This document shows, in pieces, positions 1 through 12,479 of a DNA stretch of 64,000 bases. The stretch lies in contig JAYWIR010000029.1 in the NCBI GenBank assembly GCA_036172245.1, positions 2,790,001 to 2,854,000 on the forward strand, written 5' to 3'. The notes under the pieces were generated by a model, which made no database searches, had not been told where the DNA came from, and saw only the letters and a list, made by a program, of their open reading frames with translations. The DNA is from Raillietiella orientalis. Lineage: Eukaryota. Numbering within the stretch: position 1 is the stretch's first letter; every line of letters starts with the position of its first letter. The translations under genes and the position numbers were made by a program.

Positions 1-370
1 GATGTGGTTCTCTATGAAGTTTGAGGGAAGGGTTGAATGCACGTGTGAAATAAGTGGCGGAGAATTTTTTGTCACAAAAATTAGTGTCAACCCTTGTAAA
101 CTTCTTGAGAGCGAGTTAGCAAATATAGGGAAAGTGGTTCCGTAGGAATACCTTTTTTTTTCATCTTGAATGAGAATTCTCGGAGATGGATTTCCAAGTA
201 AGGCCTCTGTTTTCATTCTTTTTCCTTGATTCTTTCCAAATCTTGCCTATACAGATTCTGTCGATCGTGTATAGTTATTAAGAACCGGATATTGGAGATT
301 ATCAGTAGGGTATACTGACGGACGAATGTTATCATCTGTATTTGCAAAGATGGATGAATAGCTTGACCAG
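1..370 (-). mobile_element. Degenerate non-LTR retrotransposon RT fragment (L1/Tx1-like)
   Basis: Frameshifted minus-strand peptides 'IFANTDDN' (YADD-like) then 'KTEALLG' in RT motif order; multiple stops. Confidence 0.3.
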
Positions 371-1319
371 CTGCCACCATGCATAACGGAGTCTTTCATG
401 ATCCATTCATTTCGAATTTTCTCTTCAGGCCACAAACGCCGGCGGCAACCTCTCATTCCGGTGGTTCGCTGCTGCCACTCGCTTCCCTCAGGAAAGAAGG
501 CTTACCGTTAACTTGGCCCACGCGGTATCCTGGGGGTTGGCGATGCTCTCCTGCAACGTCAGACGGGCGTTCCTGCCTCGTCGAAGGCACATTCCACGGA
601 ACAGGCCGAGGGCCAACTCTGACCCCTGCAGGCGGTCCGACGTGTCTTCGGTTCGCTGCGCGGAAGGGTTTTCCGAGTCGGTGACCCGGACGAGCTGTGC
701 TCGAAGGGGTCGTTGCCTCTCAGGTGCGGCGCATCTTTCAATTGCTTTTTTTTTACTGATTTTTTTTTCCCGTGATGTGGTTGTGCTGCGCCTAGTGTGG
801 TTTGCTGACATGGGCAAGAGGCCAGTGTCAGCAAAGATCCCGCCCGCCACCGTCCTGGAGGCGAGGCAGGACGCTTCGGAATAGGAAATCCAGGAAAGTC
901 TCTATGGGAGAATCGGGCAAGGGGAAACGAGCCAAAGTGGCAGTCTGGGCGTTCGAAAAACGCTCCCGTCTCGGCTCTTTCGCACGTTTCCGTGCATCAC
1001 TGTGCACAGCTCCAGGACGAACTTGGACTCGCCAAATGCATTGCTTCAGCGTCTGCGCAGTCGATTGTGTGACGTCAGCACGGCCACCTCCCTGTTCGGC
1101 AACCATTCTCGTTGCTTGGCAAAGAAGATTTTTCCTGACGGAAGAAACGTGTGCTGCTTGCGAATTCGGTTGGGTCGACTCGCGGATTTCGTGGAGCAGA
1201 TCGCAACTCGGAGTATCGTACTGCTGCTGAATCCAGTCCTCATCTGCCTGTGCATTGCTTGTGAATTCGCAACTTGGTAGCAGAGAGCGAACCCCAACCG
1301 GAAGTAATCCGCGTCTCTG

Positions 1320-2150
1320 CGAATGCGTAGCTGCGGATTCGCTTCCGAAACCAATCGGAAAGCGAGTCTTATCGCTTGTGGCCCCGAAAAAACACATCTC
1401 GCATATCCTGCCATCGATGTATTCCTGAAGGATTACCGTACCGTCAACTTGATACCCCAGTTGCTCCAAGGTAGCAGGACAGCTGCTCTACAAGCAAAGC
1501 TGAGCATCGGTAAGATGAATGCAAGGTCCGTAAGAATGTCTGAAATCCTGTGTTGTACATGTGATGCAGATAGTGATTCATGGCTTGTGTATGACTTCCA
1601 GGTCGAGTACCTCGTAATTGGGAAATGTGCTCAGCTTGGATTGGCATATCGTCAAGGCTCATGGTCCTGCGTTTGGGGAAGGAGGAATTCGATTCCCCGA
1701 AGCACAAAGCTTCAAATCGGACACAGGAAAACCATCTGCTGTTACCGTGCCTTCTCAGAAACGCCAAAAGGGAACCAAAGAGGAGTGGCCACCGGCGAGA
1801 AGCGAGCCTTTCTGGATGGAACCAAAGTCGGAAAGATCGCATTCGTTCACTTCGAAGGGAGGCAAGAGCAAGCTGAACGGCGCGCAGGAAACGGGGAACA
1901 GTGAAACCGAGCCTGAACCTGTGGGGGACGGCTTGCTGACTATTGACAAAAGTTCCAAGAAGCCCGAAAAAGCTACCTTGTTCTCCAAAAGTAAGCTCAC
2001 TCCCGAAGAAATGGGAATGCAGAGAGAAAGAGGAAAACACCAGCAAGGAAGCAAGAAGGCTATTCAAGAAACTAGAACATGAACAGAAGAAGAAAGGAGA
2101 CCAGGAGGAAACACAGAAAGCGAAAGAGAAACAGAAGGACGATCCGGAAA
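1320..2150 (+). mobile_element. Possible decayed ORF1 (gag-like) of a Tx1-type LINE
   Basis: Composite reading 'VYDFQVEYL..GNVLSLDW..FGEG..IPRSTKLQIG..CY' followed by a K/E-rich low-complexity tail; frameshifted. Confidence 0.25.
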
Positions 2151-2349
2151 GCCGTCCACTGATAGTGAGAGTGTTCGAATCACTCAAAATATGAGATTGG
2201 GACTCACCTCGTGGTTTCTGCCTGACTGTCCTATTCACTGTTGCACCCAGCATCAACCTGCTCACTGAATTCGCTTGAGTTGCCATGATCTTAACTCAAG
2301 CCGTGGTCGAAATACTCACATGAACCAAAACTTGACTGGCTCCCGGATT

Positions 2350-4000
2350 CCTGCACGGTACTGATTCTCATTCGACCCCTGGAGGACCCCAAGAACAACT
2401 GTGTCTAAATTACCATGCACTCTTCCTTGGCCGATGCTCACTTCGTAGTATACTTCCATCGCTTTCCCAACGGAAGTCCCATTTGAAGAATGAACCATCA
2501 CTCATTACCCACCAACACCGTCTCCTTGCTGTGTGCAACAAAGTGAAGGTTTCCGAACACAGCATATGAGAATACTCACACTCGGCTTTTGAAATGAGGG
2601 TCCATCTTTATTGCATAGAATACCTTTAATCTCTACATATGCATTTGCCCACATCAGTAGAGACGTCTGTCAACAATCTTCCAGTAAGCTTAAATTCACC
2701 AGAATGATAATCCAACTCTATTTTCTGGGTTCATTCATCCCTGAACTCCAATCATCCTTACAATGTGTAACCTTCGTGCATTCCACTTTCATTTTACATT
2801 CCACATTATTTATACGATTCTTTTCCAAAATTTCTATTCCCCACTCAATTGGACCTTGTATTTCTCGGTGGTACCTTTTTCCCTCACCACTTTTCGACAC
2901 GAAACATTCTCCTTCTCGTTCATTCATCATTCACAAGTTCTCCTGAACTCTCCAACCCGTTTCACGAATGGTTGCAACCAGAAAAAGCTCTGCATTCCGA
3001 AAAGATGAATTCACCAACCAAACTCCCCAGTTTCAAATGCAACCAAGTTTGGCATCATCAACTCTCTTCAAGATGAACACGTCTGCTTTGCCTGATTTTC
3101 CGTGTAGCAAAAAACAGCTGATCCGCACTCGATCCTGCTATCGAACTCACTACCGGTTCCTCTTTTGCCTCGAGATTTTCCGATTCTTCCCTTACAACAA
3201 GAGTGCGTGATTGCTTGCCTTGGAGTTGTATGCAAAAGAAGATACAAAAATCAGTCTCCGCTTCCTTCACCCATTTGTGGCATACCGAAGGCAGCCACTG
3301 TGGCAGCCTTCTTGCACCCGAATTCTTTCCCTATTTCACATAGAGGAATAATGAAATCGAATGCATTTTGAAAACGAGGAATTTTCGAAGCATTTCAAGC
3401 TTGGGAATATTTGGGCTATTGTCTCGAGTGCCTGGACACTGTGGACAAACTACTTGCAGTGGTGGTTTGCATTTCGGGAACAGTCAAGGAGATGAAGGAA
3501 TCAGATTGTATGAACACAAAAGAATGACGTCCACATGTACAATAGGAAACCGCCTGGGGTCACAGAGAGCACTATAAGGAGGCAGTACTTTGATGCCAAC
3601 TCACAGAAACCCAGTTTAGCATCTTACACAAGGTCTATTTCGCAGGCATCGGAAACTGATATTTGTCACCGTTTGGGAACCAAAAAGATGGTAGTCGATT
3701 CATAATCCACTCAGCTGCTAAATGTGAGAATATTACCACTGCTTACAATCTATGGGGTGTTTTTCCCCTGCGGATTTAAGGCATTATGAAATACCAACAC
3801 CCTTGCTGGTTGGGAATTCGTTTCTTTGATGGTATTATTTTCTGAGAATTAGACTCGGCTGTTGTTGCAGGCGATCTGGTGCAGTCAGCTTCTCGCATCC
3901 TGGTTTCGTCTGAGAGAATGCCTTGCATTGAATGCATACTTCCAGCTGTCACACGGTAAGGGCATCCAGTAGATGCGTGGGCGTAGTTCAAACTGTTTCG
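2350..4000 (-). mobile_element. Decayed BEL/Pao-like LTR retrotransposon pol remnant
   Basis: Collinear degenerate motifs: 'IIPSKKRIP' (LxSKxRxAP), 'RRVHLE' (RAVHLE), 'IFSEC..FSG' (IYSDNxTNFVG), 'VGKAMEVY..GRV' (C-terminal GRIxEVxPGxDG); many stops. Confidence 0.4.
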
Positions 4001-5872
4001 AGATCATCTGAAAGCGGAAGTCTAGAGAAATTTCTATGAAATCATTTGTATCAACGCTGCAAATTAAAATTTCTAATCAAATCTGAGGATTCATTCTTTG
4101 ATGCTCATTTATCGGATATTCCATTACATTAAAAAAGTGTTCCATTTTTTATGAAAACTGATTTTCCCTGAATCAGCATTCAAAATTTGAGACTTGACTC
4201 ACAAAGTTTATAATAAAGCGATCAGTATTTTCCTATCCAGACATTATGACCACTTTCTTTAGCTTGATAAAAGTCTTTATCATGCCTTTTTCTAGCAAAT
4301 AACGAAAATGAACATTGACTTTCATTGTATTTGTGTACTTAAGTGGATCTGGAAGCTAATTAATGAACTTTTCAAACGAATTCTATTCCAAATAGAAGAG
4401 TTGGTGATAAAGACTGGAATATGAATTTGGAGGATACTATTAATGGTCACGTTACATTACTATAAAATCTTTCTGCATTTTTGATAATACAAATTATTTG
4501 TGCTTATTGTCACAGAAGCTTTCCTTTACGTGACTTTGAAACATAATTTGCAGCACTAATTCGCTTCATGGTATCACAAATTTTAGGGGTACTTATTCTC
4601 CATTCAAACGAAATGCTACTGTTTTTGTCACTCAAGGTCACATTAAATCCCCTTTGGATATTTACATACCGTTTTTGAACGTTACTTGCATTCGTAGTTT
4701 CCTATTCGAAGAGCCAACCACATGCATGTTTCTCCAACCGTTATTTTGTTTTCATCCTTGTTATGCATCACATCTGCTTTCTTTTCTCCTCTAATGATTT
4801 AGTTCCAACAACGACAGGTGGATGACATGCTTTCGTTTAATAAAATAAATTTATCTTCAGGTGAAGCACTCTGCATTTTCAAAGGCTCCCTTCTGTTGAT
4901 TCAATCTAAATCTTGGTTTATGTTTTAATTATGGCTTTTTAATTATGGTTTAAGATTGGGTTGTGATTTGCTTGCCCTTGATTATACGTTAACGAATACA
5001 TCACGTATTCATGCTGGTAGATTTCATATTGAACTTTTAACTATAAACAGACTCGATTAGTACGTTAAAATTCAGTTAGTGATTAAGTTTGTCTATTTTT
5101 CCATTACCTAATTGATTGTACCTTCCTCCAGAGATTTTTCCAGAGGAAGATTTCTATTTGCCCTTTTGGAAATCATCTGCTTGTAATATTGTTTATCTAT
5201 TGTGGGGACTTTGTTTTCTGTTCTTCAGTTTGCTCTGCAATTCTACTTTCTGATGCAATTTTTTTAACTCCCACATTTAAAAACGAAAATTCTCATCTTT
5301 TCTGTTTACATAAACAGAGCAAAGACACAAAAGGGCAAACAGACAAAACTTAAACATGAATTCAGAAGGTAATGAACAGAATACCGTGTGCAAAGGTTAA
5401 TTACACGATTTTACTGTCTTTACTGCACTGCACTACTGTACTTTATGGTTACAAGTAAAATCACACAAAAATGAAATTTTTGAAGACCAAAACAGACTGT
5501 TTAATATGAAGTTAATCAAAATATAACAACATTACAAACTAGAAAGCAATTATGTAATGATGACATTGTATAATTAACCAAATCATGGATTTCTTAGAGA
5601 AAACATTTATGGGAAATATAACAGGGACAAGAAAACTTGGAGACTCATCAAAACTTATTTTACATCAAATAATTAGTATTGTGGTCTACATACTGTAATT
5701 TGGGACTACTTGGAAGATAATTCTACACATTAACAAAAGTAACGATGTATTTTTCAATATTTTAATTTTCATGTATAAACTACAATTGTTGATTACAAGG
5801 TATTGTAGTCTTACAATGAAACTATAGTGCCCTCTTTGTTACAAAGCTATATGTAACAAAGCAATAAAATGT

Positions 5873-7255
5873 TTAGAATTCTGTATTCCTTCTTACAAAT
5901 GATCTTTTAGGCCCTGGTTCCACAACACATCCATAATAGTCTATTATTTTCAACCATGGAGATTTTTGAACTTCTATTTCAAGCAAACTATCATCCACAT
6001 TATTGCACTGTTCCAAAGTAAGAAATTCTAAATCTGGTACATGTTCTGTGATGTTTTTAAATGCATTTCCTTTTAAGCTATGTAATCCAATCAAATGTAA
6101 GGCTTTTAATTGTTTACAAGTTGAGAGGATGGCACTAATTCCAGCATCAGATATTTCCAGACACCAATTCAGAGCAAGAAATTGTAACCTACAATTTTTT
6201 TTCGACAACACTTTGAGATTTTCATTTGTTATATAGTGACATTCAGAAAAGTTCAAGTAATGCAATTCATCAAGCATAGCATGGGTGAAAAAATTATGGA
6301 ATGCTTCAGAAGTTAGATCTACACCTCTTCTAATCTGCAACCACTTCAAACACTTAATTTTAGCAATAGCATTCAAGCCAACAGATGTCAACTGATATGC
6401 AAATGAAATCCCAAGTACTGTCAGCTGTTCACAATAACTTAGTTCACAATATGATTCATCAGTCAAATGTTCACCATCCAATATTAATTCTCTCAGAGTT
6501 TTACAGCGTTTTCGTAAAAGACACTGCACAGAAATATCGCTGATATGAGCAATTCCATCAATGTTTAATTCTTCCAGTAATTCACATTTTTCAGAAATAT
6601 CCATAAGTATGTGATCTTCAAGGTGGAAGCAATGGGACAAGTTTAATTTTTTCAATAGTTTGAAATTGCCCAACATTATCAAGCAGTTAGCATCTTTTAA
6701 TCTAGTACCCTCAAAATCAAAATGCATTAATCTAGGACATCTGGGAAGAAGCAAATCAAGAGAATCAGAAGTCAAATCTGTTGAAAACCTAACTTGAACT
6801 GATTCTAAGTATGGGCACTCAAAAGCTGCATTTTTCAAAATAACATCAACATTTCCAATACCTTCCAGCACTATCTGTTTCAGCAAAGGCATTCTTCTAA
6901 AAATATTTCTGGTATTGATACGTTTGCTAAATTTATAAAACTTCACTTCTTTCCATAAGGTTGAATCAAAACATAATCTAAACCAATCTTTGCATACCAA
7001 ACTGAGCACACAACAAAGTTCTTTATTTGTAAAGTAAGAGAAAATTTTCAGCTTTAATTCTTCAGGTAATAATGCAAATTTGCATTCAGGAAATGATTTT
7101 GCAAATGATAAATTTTCTACATTTTCATTATTCTCTGAAAAAGTCAACATGTTATTCCTAAAAAGTGAACAACTTTTGAATGCCAAATCTTGTCTTAAAA
7201 TGCAAGCTGGTATTTCTAATGAATCATTACTTCCTGAGGATTCAACTGGAAGCAT
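5873..7255 (-). CDS. F-box / leucine-rich-repeat (cysteine-containing LRR) protein, FBXL family, single coding exon, about 460 aa from first ATG
   Basis: F-box 'LLPEELKLKIFSYFTNKELCCVLSLVCKDWFRLCFDSTLW' followed by about 10 LRRs (e.g. LKKLNLSHC, LHYLNFSEC, LQFLALNWC, LEFLTLEQC). The frame stays open upstream to a candidate splice acceptor (aacag) at 7364-7368, so the exon may begin at 7363. Confidence 0.9.
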   Translation of the reverse strand: MLPVESSGSNDSLEIPACILRQDLAFKSCSLFRNNMLTFSENNENVENLSFAKSFPECKFALLPEELKLKIFSYFTNKELCCVLSLVCKDWFRLCFDSTLWKEVKFYKFSKRINTRNIFRRMPLLKQIVLEGIGNVDVILKNAAFECPYLESVQVRFSTDLTSDSLDLLLPRCPRLMHFDFEGTRLKDANCLIMLGNFKLLKKLNLSHCFHLEDHILMDISEKCELLEELNIDGIAHISDISVQCLLRKRCKTLRELILDGEHLTDESYCELSYCEQLTVLGISFAYQLTSVGLNAIAKIKCLKWLQIRRGVDLTSEAFHNFFTHAMLDELHYLNFSECHYITNENLKVLSKKNCRLQFLALNWCLEISDAGISAILSTCKQLKALHLIGLHSLKGNAFKNITEHVPDLEFLTLEQCNNVDDSLLEIEVQKSPWLKIIDYYGCVVEPGPKRSFVRRNTEF

Positions 7256-9349
7256 AATTTTGGCTAAGGAATTTGCTGTCCCAAGAATTTCTTTCAAATA
7301 TTCCTGGCTAATACTTGTAGTTTCATTCCATTTGTTCCTACTGATCAAACAGGCTGTCAATTTCTGTTAACATCAAAGAACCAAATTAAACATATCCGAA
7401 CTGAATCCAAACTACTCATTCTTAAAACTTTAAAACATAATCTGCTTCCCATCTTTAAATGCATTAGATGGAGTACGGTATAAAGTCTGACAAAAGCAAA
7501 ATTCCATTGCGAGTTGCACTTTCGAATTCAACATTTTATGCTCACTTGAATCACTAATCTGTTTTTGAAGATTCAAGAGATAAACCATACGCAGACTGAA
7601 ATAAAAAATTTACGCTTGAATATGACCAACATTTACATCACATCAACTTTCCAAATTTATTTTCACCAATTCATAAGCTGTGGCATAACGCTACAAACTT
7701 CGGCAAATCGGAATTATTGCAAGTACTTTATAGTTTACCAAACAGGCTCAAATGATATCATGCAAAAAGAACATATATGTTTACTCTACAAGCGATACCA
7801 TGTAAAAAGAAATTTGTGAAGACTCAGAAGGAAGAAATCACACTTTTGGGCCAATGTAAAACTATTTCTGGATTTATTGCTTTCTTCCAGTCTGCTTCTC
7901 AAAGTCAGGCTTTCGAAACGGATTCATCGCTAGTTTCTTCAAATTTGTCGCATTAGTTTCGGATTGAGTCAAACAAGGTAATGGCTTTAGTAAATTGTGC
8001 TTAGGTTTGCATCCTTCGAATAATTCCAGTTTTGTTAACATGCGAAGATCCTTACCAACTGTTTTAGGAATGCCAACATCACAGTTTGTGGATTGCATTA
8101 GATTGCAATTTAGAAGGCACTGTTGCTCAAAAGTGCTCAAATAGACAAATTCAAGAGAAGGAAAAAACACAAATTGCAAATTTTACATCGAATTCAGATT
8201 TTCGATACAAAGGCAAAGGAGGAACGCTCTATACTCAACCGTGGTATGTGGCGTTTCGTACTTTTATGAACCACGGAATTCTACCCATTTCAAGTTATCA
8301 TGAGGAAAAAACGATTAGCTTATAATCCAGAACACTCTTTTTTTACCGATCTGCAAATGCAAGGATTTTTTTTTTTAGTCTCAACTTTTTGCTTGCTAAG
8401 TGTAAGATGCACAATACTCTTTCAGTAAAAGCTCATTTCTCACGCAGTTATTTCACAAGACATCGTATCCTTTTTAAAAACTCGAGCTCCGGAGCTGCTT
8501 TTGTTCATCTCAGAACTTCGCTACGGTTTCTGCGTGCAATGAAAGATGCTTGCAGAAAGTTTCCTCAAGTGCTCTTATCTTGTATGGTCAGTACTAACTT
8601 GCTGAAAGATGCCGGCATCTTTTCAAGCAGATCTATTTGCCTCAATGCAAGCTCATGTTCAAACAAGACTCTTGCGGTTTTCCTTTAATGATTCCAAAAA
8701 GGTAACAAATGATAAAATCCACTTGAGACATCGAAGAATCATTGGCTTCTCGTTTTCTCCTGCAGTTGCTACACTCATATTCCAAATGCTCAAAGAGACT
8801 TCATGTAATGTTAATGTATACGGAGTGTAAGAACATGATATTATCCAGAAACGCAGGTTGAGTATGAGCTAAGTAATTTAACTTTGGAATTATAAATTAC
8901 ATGGAACTCAAATTCTATCTGTTTTTCACAATGATTTGCTTGTACTTTTAATCTCTTGTCACTGAAAACTATTTTGTAATTGGCAAACTAGCGCCAACTG
9001 AAACATCGGAGCATAGAAAGAGAACTGGATACCTGATTTCAAGAAATGCATCGATTGCTTGAGAGACCTTGTTCTATAAAATTTCAAAATTGCAAACGTA
9101 CAGGAAAAAAATAATTTCCGACTCAAGAATGAGTCGAAATCTACGCTGCTGAAGTCCATGAATCTTAGAATCCAGTTTTGATCTGAAGAATCTGCAGGGT
9201 CCGCTTTAAAAGCAAGGAGTGCCTTGCTTATTTTTTGTGTTGCTTTTTCAAGACAGAAGAATTCCATTTCGAACCTTTAAATCACAAAACAAGTTGCAAT
9301 TAAAATTACGGGAAATTAAATGCGACTCATTTCTGAATGGGTCACGTTT

Positions 9350-10060
9350 TTGAAGGGTATATACAGAACTTCCTGATAATATCTCAAAGGAGATCATTTG
9401 GATGTGTAGGTTTAAACTAGGAACTGTTACACATGAAAAATGTGAATTCTGATGTGAAAGAGAATTTACAGTTTGAATACTTATGATATACAGACAGTGA
9501 AAATTTAATGGACCCACACTAAATATCGATGGCTGAATCCTTATAAGTGACGAAACTCTTAGTTTGCTCATCTGATTATCATGGAAATCAATGTGCATCA
9601 GAGGAAACAGTCCAACAGATGTCTTGAGTCCAGTTTGCACTTTTCCATTGACTGAAGCGATACATGATTCTAAAGGGAAAAAGTGCAAACGATAGTTTCA
9701 GAAAGAGCACTGCGAAAGGTTAATTGAATGCAGTTTCATCACTGAATCATAAACATTAGTCGATTCTTAAGATCTTACAAAAGCACTTCCAGTCGATTGC
9801 TGTTTACATTATGACCAGATAGAACCAAGACAAGAATTCCTCTGGAAATCACTCTTGTCAATTATCACTTTTGACCTCTGGATCTGTCTTTCTAGTGATC
9901 AGTAGATCTGCATGGATAGGTGATTATAAGTTATCAATTTTGGTTGCAAGTCTTCAAACTTAGAAGGATCCCTTTCTTCTTTTTGGTTTTCCAAAATCAT
10001 TGAATGGAATGCTAATGAGATATAAGAATCTATTTGCAGATAACAAGTTTATGCTCCTCA
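9350..10060 (+). mobile_element. Decayed LINE reverse transcriptase (CR1/L2/Jockey-like)
   Basis: Collinear motifs 'PDNIS' (~9371), 'DLTKA' (~9771, DLxKAFD) and 'LFADN' (~10030, LFADD), with stops and frameshifts. Confidence 0.5.
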
Positions 10061-11097
10061 CTCAAAAACCGGTAGCAAGAAAAACTTCGCCGATAATCGC
10101 AGGAATGTAATCATATTCGGGAACACGATTCGTGTTTCAAACTGGTGAAGAGCTTTTTATTCCACTGATCTGAAAGTTCAGTATCTACCATTAAAAAAAA
10201 ATAAAAACAATGCATAAAATGCAATCCATCTCGACAGCTGTTTGCACTATTTACCGGTTGTCACGGTGCTCATGTGCAGTCACGAACGAGAGTCACATCT
10301 TAGTGAATTTTGCTCCAAATCGAAAATGATTTTGGAGTCTAAATTCGATTTTCCTTCCGCATTCAAGAATTTCGCTCCATTCATAGATTTATCAAGATTT
10401 AATATAAATATATTTATATTTAAAATCAGGTATAAAATTAATATTATTATATAATGAATAAATTATGGACCAAGCTGCAACTACATGAACATGGTTCACT
10501 TTTCTGGCCAAAAAAAAAAAAAAATGCAGCATAGGTGTATTTGGTCACAATCCACAACTTTGAAAAGTATCGCTTTTCGCTACTTAAGAAAGGACGTGTG
10601 AAATGATGATATTTTTTAGTGAAATCACAAGGAAATCCATAAAGCTAACGCTCGTGCCATACATGAAAAGCGTGGACTTATGCAACAGCTGTAGAAATGT
10701 GTTGGAATGTATCTCCATGGTGTTCAAAGATGGGTTTGAAGGCCTGGTATCCAGGAGAAATTGGGAAAGGAAAACCGAACACACCATGAACTTAAGCTGC
10801 TAAAATGTCAAAGCCTTGCTTTATGTACAGTCCTGATCAAAGAACAACATATTAATGCATTTATGCATTATATTTAGAATTGTTGCAATATTGTGATCTA
10901 AATGTAAGGTTCAGAACCTCAAAGCAGTTCCAAAACGCATTGGTGAAGGTGCCGTAGAGATATTGTCTATCTATTGGCCCCATAGGCCTTCATTGTATTT
11001 AAGATAGAATAAATAGGCAATAATGAATTCTTAATGTTCAAACTCCGAGAAAATTGTACTGAAAATCAGCAGAAAATCCTTCGTATATTTGAGAGTT

Positions 11098-11103
11098 TTT
11101 ATT
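11098..11103 (-). terminator. Candidate polyadenylation signal for ZIP copy 1
   Basis: AATAAA on the minus strand about 190 nt after the stop codon. Confidence 0.4.
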
Positions 11104-11294
11104 TCTTACAATTATTTAAGAAACAAAGTTGGGTGCAAATTTTCAAGGAAGGATTTTTCCATTTTTCTCATACAAACCTCATGTCTGGCTGTGAAAGGTA
11201 TTAACAGGTATCCGCTCGGACGCCGAGAAAAAGAAAAAAGGGAAAGAGGTTGCATTGATAACAGGAAAAAGAATGCAGTAAAAATAACATATTT

Positions 11295-12407
11295 TCAGTC
11301 ATCATCATGAATAAATCCTGTGAGGAGACACATGAGCACAAATCCAAGTACGGTGGAGAACAGTTTGAGTAGTCCAGAAGTACATTTGTTACGCTCACTT
11401 TCTAAAACTTCGAAGAATGTCACATACATAAGAGTTCCTGAAGCAATGCCCTGAAGAAAAGTCAAGACTATGGGTTGTGTTGCTTGATATGAAGTTAAGT
11501 ATGACATCAGACCGATTCCAATGCCTGCACCTAAAGGACTCATGAGAGCAAAAGTGCACATGTAGATCACCAAGGTTCTTATTTTGCATCCTTTGGTAAT
11601 AATCTCCAGTCCAACGCAAAACGCTATCACAAACTTGTGGACGCATACGGCCAAGAACAGGTACCAGACTCCCGCCACGGTCTCCTGAAGACCCAATGCC
11701 ATCCCTTCAAAAATAGAATGGAAAGACAGGGCTAGTATCACGAGCAGGGAACGCAGGCTTGTGATCGTCGTAGGAATGTGATGTCCATAAGTGTGGGATA
11801 ATTCGTCATTTCTCTCCAATTCTCGTTGCACTATGGTTTGGGGTAAAGCTCTTTGAGAAAGAGGGGGAGAGAACTCAACGGCAGAATCGAAAGAGGCGGC
11901 TGAAACGTATTTTGTAGGCACCACACTTTGTGTGGGATCTTTAGGTATCTCATTCCGAGGTTGGGACATGCACTCCGGCGTAGTTACATCTGAGTTCGGT
12001 CCAGTGATCGGCTGGGTTCCCTTATGCTTCCTCTGCTTCCTGATCATACCGTGCACGAGCTCTTCGATGAAGTACGTGAAGAAAAAACCGAAGCACATGA
12101 TCAGTTCCGCGAGAGGAAAGTCATTGAAAAAACTGAGGTTCGGATCCTGGATGGCCAGGAGGGAGGATTCCCTCACCTCGGGGAGCATGTGGATAAAGCA
12201 AGTCGACAGCAGGACCCCTCCTCCGAAACATAACAAACAGGAAATGATGGTATCGTACTGTCTCTTACGATTCCGCTTTACGCTACCATCGAGGCTTGCA
12301 GGTTCCGCACGCAGCAGCCTAGCAACTTTGATGGGGAGCAGGCCGAAGAGCAGCGTCAACAAAAGCATCAACACCAGTGCTATGATTTTCGCAGAGATGG
12401 GATCCAT
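11295..12407 (-). CDS. ZIP/SLC39 metal (zinc) transporter, ZIP1-3-like, copy 1, 370 aa, intronless CDS
   Basis: About 8 hydrophobic segments; 'CFGGGVLLSTCFIHMLPE', TM4 'LSFHSIFEGMALG', TM5 'HKF', 'GTLMYVTFFEVL', His-containing loop. ATG at 12407 (MDPISAK) preferred to the track start at 12500 because TM1 follows directly. Confidence 0.95.
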   Translation of the reverse strand: MDPISAKIIALVLMLLLTLLFGLLPIKVARLLRAEPASLDGSVKRNRKRQYDTIISCLLCFGGGVLLSTCFIHMLPEVRESSLLAIQDPNLSFFNDFPLAELIMCFGFFFTYFIEELVHGMIRKQRKHKGTQPITGPNSDVTTPECMSQPRNEIPKDPTQSVVPTKYVSAASFDSAVEFSPPLSQRALPQTIVQRELERNDELSHTYGHHIPTTITSLRSLLVILALSFHSIFEGMALGLQETVAGVWYLFLAVCVHKFVIAFCVGLEIITKGCKIRTLVIYMCTFALMSPLGAGIGIGLMSYLTSYQATQPIVLTFLQGIASGTLMYVTFFEVLESERNKCTSGLLKLFSTVLGFVLMCLLTGFIHDDD

Positions 12408-12479
12408 GCTGCCTCTCACGCCACCACGAACACCTGCAAGCCTCCGCAGGTCTCGCTCACCGCTCGCACACTGACAGTG

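Noticed and set aside
5873..12407. Functional link between the FBXL gene and the adjacent ZIP (FBXL5-style metal sensing)
   Set aside because: No hemerythrin-like domain is visible, and adjacency in a eukaryotic genome is not evidence of a shared pathway
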